Both the position numbers and the translations under genes were made by a program. The notes under the pieces were generated by a model. That model was not told where the DNA came from, did no database searches, and worked only from the letters and a program-made list of their open reading frames with translations. Positions 57,998-64,000 of a DNA stretch of 64,000 nt are shown here, in pieces. The DNA comes from Macrostomum lignano. Taxonomy: Eukaryota. Location: positions 172,908 through 236,907 of the forward strand of contig NIVC01001344.1 in NCBI GenBank assembly GCA_002269645.1. The letters are read 5' to 3'. Numbering within the stretch: the first letter of the stretch is position 1; every line of letters begins with the position of its first letter.

Positions 57998-59895
57998 CCC
58001 ACGAGTCGCACCTGTCCTGCACATCGGCCACAGCGCTCCGGTCGGTGACGTTAGGCCTATCGGGGGTGAACAGTGCCAGCACCTGCACCAGCGGCACCAG
58101 GAACGGGTCCCGCAGCAAGTCTTTAAACAGGCGGCAGAATTTCAAATGATCGTCGTGCAGCTCGGCAAAGCCGGGTATGTCCTTCAGGATGGCGGTTGGC
58201 ACGTCGCCTTTCGGTGTAACCCAGACGTCGCGTTCCCGATCGTAGTGCACCGCGGAGCGCAGGAACAGCGTCCCGATGACGGCGCCCTTCAACAGAGCAA
58301 TCTGGCAGGCCTGGCCCAGGCCGATAAAATCTGGCAGCTTCTTAGCGAACAGAATGAGCTTCTTAACTATGAAACAGGACGAGTTCACCAGGGTGTTCAG
58401 ATTGCGACACCCGGCCGGAGTGGCGTCCTCGGACGTGTCCGAGAAGCTGAGCTCGTACGCCTGGTGCAAGTCGGACACCGCTAGCCACTGTTCGTGCGTG
58501 AGAGAGCGGCAGCCACCGGCCGCGTGCAGTGCGGGGTTCAGCACCATCTGCTGCTGCACGGCTGCTGCTGCGGCAGGGCCGGGCGCCGCTGCTGCTGGGG
58601 TCGGCATTGGCGACGTCAACGGTTCCTCGGTGGCAGGAATGTGCAGAGAAGGCTGCTGCTGAGGCAGCTGGAGAGGCTGTTGTTGTGGTTGTTGCTGCTG
58701 TGGATGCTGCTGCTGCTGTTGCTGCTGCAGTTGCGGCGGCGCCTCTCGTCTCAGTTTCTTACCGCGAACTTCATCAGCGTTAACTAGCTCCGGTCGCATG
58801 CCAACCTGTATGCATTTTTGTAGCCGACAATGGGTGCAAAATCGCCTGGTTGCCACGGTAACGGAACAGTTCTGGGTGAACATGCAGGCTGGCACCTGGT
58901 GTTTGATTGAGTGTAGCGGCTTCCTTGATATTGCTTCGTGTGAGACCAATGGAAACAGCACGGTTTTAATAACTCAAAGCAATTTTTATTCTACAGAATT
59001 CCTGTCCTACAGAACTCCTGTCCTACAGACCTGTCCTACAGACCTGTTCTACAGACCTGTTCTACAGACCTGTCATACAGAACTGTCCTACTGAACTGTC
59101 CTACAGCCATGTCCTACAGACATGTCCTACAGACATGTCCTACAGACATGTCCTACAGAACTCCTCTCCTAAAAAACTCCTGTTCTACAGAACTCCTGTC
59201 TTACAGAATTTCTATCAAACAAATCTTACAACACTACAATGCTACAGCACCACAATGCTACAGCACCACGTCCTACAGCACCACAATGCTACAGCACCAC
59301 AATGCTACAGCACCACAATGCTACAGCACCACGTCCTACAGCACCACAATGCTACAGCACCACAATGCTACAGCACCACAATGCTACAGCACCACAATGC
59401 TACAGCACCACAGTCCTACAGCACCACAATCTCTCCAGAAGCATTTGCTCCTGACTTTCAGTTTTGAGGACCCTGCGACCACATTCAACAAATCAAAAAC
59501 TGACTCACATCCTGCTTGAGCGCATTCCGCCGAAAGAACGCCTTGCAACTTTCGCAGCTGATGGCGTCGAAATTAAAGCCTAACGCTTTGTCGCCGCAGA
59601 CTCGGCACACTTTAACGTCTTTGCGCCGAACGCCGCTGCAGCCGCCGACGCTGTCAGTCGCGCTGACAGCAGCATGCATCGACTGCGGATTCTCGGTTGT
59701 CGAAGGCACCGCAGTCTGGTCGGCCAGCTCTCCAATAAAAGGGGCCGCCGCGGCGGCGCCAACGTCAATGTTTTCGTCGTTGTCTGAGTCGCGCGGCTCC
59801 GACTTGCTCAACGACAGAACGGCGGGAGCCGACGCCGTCGGTGCCTCCGCTGCCGACTCTGAATTTGCTGGCGATGATCTATTCAGCATCATCAT
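57262..59895 (-). CDS. HR96: Nuclear receptor, HR96/DAF-12 (NR1J) group, 525 aa; exons 59895-59509, 58895-58012, 57568-57262
   Basis: DBD CRVCGDKALGFNFDAISCESCKAFFRRNA (ESCKA P-box), second finger C..TQNC..RRFCTHCRLQKCIQVGM, LBD FAKKLPDF..L..ACQIALLKG and AF-2 VDPLLLEVFD. Splice phases are consistent. The symbol is family-level, not proven orthology. Confidence 0.9.
57633..57997. repeat. (ACAG)n microsatellite filling receptor intron 2
   Basis: Read directly. Confidence 0.97.
59000..59430. repeat. CTACAG-core repeats (GTCCTACAGA; CTACAGCACCACAATG, 16 bp) in receptor intron 1
   Basis: Read directly. Confidence 0.85.
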
Positions 59896-60119
59896 GGCTG
59901 CCGATATTCGTGCAGAAATTCTCTGATATTAGTGGCTTCCTGCGCTGCAAATAAAAAGGTGAAGTTACTGTAAATGCGAGTATGCAGTATGTTAAATATA
60001 AAATTCTTTTTTTGAACGTTCTTGTCTGAATTTACAGCCTACACAACACATCAATACAGTACGGGAAGGTAAAAACCGATAGAAACCGGTAAATGACAGG
60101 TAAAGATAAGAAGGCCAAG

Positions 60120-60267
60120 AGAGAGACAGACAGCCAGACAGCCAGATAGAGAAAGACAGACAGACAGACAGACAGACAGACAGCCAGACAGCCAGATAGA
60201 GAAAGACAGACACGGAGACAGACACTCAGACAGACAGCCAGACAGCCAGACAGAGAAAGACAGACAC

Positions 60268-60310
<43 letters not shown>

Positions 60311-60370
60311 GCCAGACAGAGAAAGACAAAAAGACAGAAGGACAGACAGACAGAGAGACAGACAGACAGA
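60120..60370. repeat. (ACAG)n-based repeat upstream of the receptor ATG
   Basis: Read directly. Confidence 0.9.
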
Positions 60371-60869
60371 TGATAAGAGAGATAGCCGTGCGGGTAAAAT
60401 AGGGGTTTAAACAACATAGTAAACATTAAATGGCCGAAATCAACACATTAGTACTTTGTACAGGACTAATTACTGCGACAGGTAAATATGATAAAAAATG
60501 ACTTAATTCTACTCGCAAAGACATCGGCATTGCTAATAAATTGCTTATTGAATCAACGATCCGTGTGGCGGAGCGATATGAAATGCTTTGTATCCAATTT
60601 CTTTCTGCTATCTCTTGCAATACTACTTATAATTTATCAAGTAATATCGAACGAACAAAATAGAAAAATAGAGCATCCAGAATGGGCAAAACGAAGGACT
60701 TGGGCGTACACATTCAGTACATAATGCGCGTATGTGACATACAGTTTTGCAAATGAATCAAATGTACTAATTTAGTTACTAAAATATGAAAATTGGCAGT
60801 ACGAAAGTAAGCCACCATCCAAATCAGGGTGATTATTTGTCTGGATCAAGAGGTTTTTAAGGGATTATG

Positions 60870-61500
60870 CAGACGGGAAAAAGGGGAGGGGATGGAGGGA
60901 GGGGATAGACAGAGGAAGGGATAGGCAGGAGACAGGAGGGGATAGACAGGGGGGATAGACAGGGAAGAGGATAGACAGGAGGCGATAGGCAGGTGAGGGG
61001 ATAGACAGGGGAGGGGATAGACAGGGGAGGGGATAGACAGGAGAGGGGATAGACAGGAGAGGGGATAGACAGGAGAGGGGATAGACAGGAGGGGATAGAC
61101 AGTAGGGATAGACAGGGAAGAGGATAGACAGGAGGCGATAGGCAGGGGAGGGGATAGACAGGGGAGAGGATAGACAGGGGAGGGATAGACAGGGGAGGGG
61201 ATAGACAGGAGAGGGGATAGACAGGGGAGGGGATAGACAGGAGAGGGGATAGACAGGGGAGGGGATAGACAGGAGAGGGGATAGACAGGAGAGGGGATAG
61301 ACAGGGGAGGGGATAGACAGGAGAGGGGATAGACAGGAGGGGATAGGCAGGGGAGGGGATAGACAGGAGGGGATAGGCAAGGGAGGGGATAGACAGGAGG
61401 GATAGACAGGGGAGAGGATAGACAGGAGGGGATAGGCAAGGGAGGGGATAGACAGGAAGGGATAGGCAGGGGAGGGGATAGACGGAGAGAAGGAAGCAAG
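60870..61500. repeat. 16-bp purine minisatellite (GGGGATAGACAGGRGA)n
   Basis: Read directly, in the USP-receptor spacer. Confidence 0.92.
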
Positions 61501-61641
61501 AGGAGTAAAGGGGCCGGGCCGGGACAAACAGACGAGAGGGAAGACAGAGAAAGGGAAGAATATAATGATTACTAATTAGCACTATAAAAAACTTATTGGC
61601 CGTCCAGCCGGTCGCCATGGCAATCAGTAGCAGACGCGGGT

Positions 61642-63042
61642 TCAGATAGATGGAACAAGCTGCTCATAGAATAGCATGTAGACGTCGTGCAGAGCCAGCA
61701 CGGCGGATTCGCTAACTGGCAGCACCGAATCGTCGGAGATGCACCACCAGCGCCGGGTTGGCCGGTGCCACCGGTAGGCCAGGTAGTGCCCCTCGCTGGT
61801 GTCATCTCCGTAGTGAACAATGACGGCCACGAGACGGTAGAGCTTGTTAGCAAGCGGAATCGACTGTCGATGCGATTCGACGATCGACGTAAAGTCGTCG
61901 ACGTCGCCAGACGATGGACTTTCAGTGTCCACCGGCGAAGGCAGCGGCGAGGCGGGCATGAGCTGGCGCAGGTCCAGCAGTAGCGGATAGGCTACGCTGG
62001 CGCCAGACTTCACCGGGCAGCCGTGAGCGGCGCTCCAGGCGGCGCGCTGGAGGTGCAGCACCAGGGTTGCCGGGGCTCTGTTAGGCGGACGGAAGAGCGG
62101 AAAGTCCATTGAGACATGTACACTGAGTTATTTCTAAACCTTCACGATTAAGATGAGTTGTTGCTATGCCGTATTCCTAGTATTGTGCCTGATGTGACCG
62201 TTGCTAAGCTCTATCCCAAGTATCAAGAAGAGGTCGTTGCTAAGGACTCTTCCAAAACACTAGAGTCCGTTGCTAAGGACTCTTCCCAATAAATAGAGGT
62301 CGTTGCTAATAACCCTGTCGTTGCTAAGGTCTCTTCCCAATCAAAAGCGGCTGTTGCTAATAACACTATTCCGTTGCTAAGGACTCTTCCAAAACACTAA
62401 AAAGGCCGTTGCTAAGGACACTTCCCAAACAATAAAAAGGCCGTTGCTAAGGACTCTTACAAAAGCTAAAAAGGCCGTTGCTAAGGACACTTCCCAAACA
62501 ATAAAAAGGCCGTTGCTAAGGACACTTCCCAAACAATAAAAAGGCCGTTGCTAAGGACACTTCCAAAATACTAAAAAGGCCTTGTTACCAAGCCAGAACT
62601 CTCAGTAGTATAAAAAGAAACCTTTGCTAAGGCCTGTATCGAAGGAAAACCTACTGGTTAAAAATTCAAATCGAACACAAACCTGGCTAATCGAGTAGTT
62701 TTACTCAGAGTCACCGTTCGATCATCATCCGGTTGGCAGCAGCGATCGCATCGGGCTCGACGAATTAATTCGACTCGAAATGCCCGCAACAGCAGCTGCT
62801 GCAAAGGCACCGGGCCGCTGCCATTGGACAGCAGGACGTCGCCGCGAGTTGGCAGACAAAGGCTAACGCAGTGCTGAACCTCCAGCCTAGCGGGGGAGCG
62901 GACGCCGCAGTCCAGGCATTTTACCCGGGTCTGGGTTAGACCGCAGCGGACCCACGAGCGCTGCTCTGGCGGAGAGCGAAGCGAAACTATTGCCGAACTT
63001 GGTTCTGGCTGATGGTTGACCTCAATAACCTCCGGTGTAACG
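61642..63042 (-). CDS. USP30: Ubiquitin-specific protease, USP30-like, 3' exons 63042-62683 and 62077-61642; upstream exons unresolved or outside the window
   Basis: His-box YRLVAVIVHYG..EGHYLAYR..WWCISDDSV..VYMLFYE and LHLQRAAWS..G.PVK. An exon missing from the ORF track carries the finger-subdomain CLDC and CDRC pairs and joins in phase 2 (GCCAG|GTTTG..CCTAACAG|A). Confidence 0.82.
62200..62580. repeat. ~35-bp minisatellite (CCGTTGCTAAGGACACTTCCCAAACAATAAAAAGG)n in the USP intron
   Basis: Read directly. Confidence 0.85.
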
Positions 63043-63124
63043 CTGCGGGAATTGACGATTGAATTTGATAATTGACTGCCTCAAACTCTAATTTACGGAT
63101 CTGACAGTCCCAAATCTGGCAGGT

Positions 63125-63440
63125 TCAGGATCTGACATCCTCGGATCTGACATCCTCGGATCTGACATCCTCGGATCTGACATCCTCGGATCTGACATCC
63201 TCGGATCTGACATCCTCGGATCTGACATCCTGCGATCTGACATCCTCGGATCTGACATCTCGGATCTGACATCCTCGGATCTGACATCCTCGGATCTGAC
63301 ATCCTCGCGATCTGATCGGTTCTCGTTCAGAATCTGTCAGTCCCTGGTTCTGAAAGTCCCTGGTTCTGACAGTCCCTAGTTCTGACAGTCCCTGGTTCTG
63401 ACAGTCCTGGTTCTGACAGTCCCTAGTTCTGACAGTCCTT
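63125..63440. repeat. 15-bp (TCTGACATCCTCGGA)n then 16-bp (TCTGACAGTCCCTGGT)n
   Basis: Read directly. Confidence 0.9.
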
Positions 63441-63817
63441 GCGTTCTTACAGCCGTGAATATTATCTGCTGCCGGCTGGACGCGTGTTTCGTGTCTAGCA
63501 AGAAAATTCTCAGAAATATTTATATAGGTTTACACTTGAGCCACATCAATGATTGGCAGCGTCTCAAATTGTTTAAAGAGGAAAGTTTTGGAGCCCTGTT
63601 AACTGACAGTCCAATTTGAAGAGGCTAATTTGCCTCCATTGAATGACATATATTAAGATGAGAAGCTAATAACCTGAAACACCTGCTTTAACTTGTTTTG
63701 TCTTCGCTGCGAACTATACATCTGCAAGTGCTTAATTGTGTCAATTCAAATTGAAACTTTGTTACAAACTGTCTGTCTGCAAAGATGTTTCTATTGATAT
63801 CATCCATTGATTTTGTT

Positions 63818-63846
63818 AGATAGATAGATGGGTAGATAGATAGATA

Positions 63847-63928
<82 letters not shown>

Positions 63929-63948
63929 GGATAGATAGATAGATAGAT

Positions 63949-63980
<32 letters not shown>

Positions 63981-64000
63981 TAGATAGATAGATAGATAGA
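63818..64000. repeat. (GATA)n microsatellite running off the window end
   Basis: Read directly. Confidence 0.97.

Overview
Eukaryotic (metazoan) genomic DNA: GC-rich, CAG/Gln-rich exons set in AT-rich, transposon-littered intergenic DNA, with most introns and gene spacers filled by micro- or minisatellites. The style is most consistent with a free-living flatworm such as Macrostomum (inference only, not verified). I hand-assembled spliced models for a C2H2/C2HC zinc-finger gene, an orphan polyQ/H gene, mitochondrial ferredoxin FDX2, palmitoyltransferase ZDHHC12, PC4/SUB1, QDPR, eRF1 (ETF1), an HR96/NR1J nuclear receptor and the 3' part of a USP30-like deubiquitinase. There are also two tRNA-Arg(UCU) genes, two Merlin (IS1595-like) transposon derivatives with target-site duplications, several MITEs, a degenerate DNA transposase, a LINE 3' fragment, a tRNA-derived SINE and Helitron-like microsatellite-carrying elements. 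Best leads: (1) the eRF1 3' end has the geometry of a readthrough/NMD autoregulatory switch; (2) ZDHHC12 may get its start codon from a trans-spliced leader; (3) three same-strand gene pairs look like operons; (4) a 2.4-kb intron is almost pure (ATCT)n with no canonical branch point, and intronic microsatellites are mostly oriented AG-free on the sense strand. No CRISPR or rRNA. All coordinates were read by eye and may be off by a few bases, especially for repeats.
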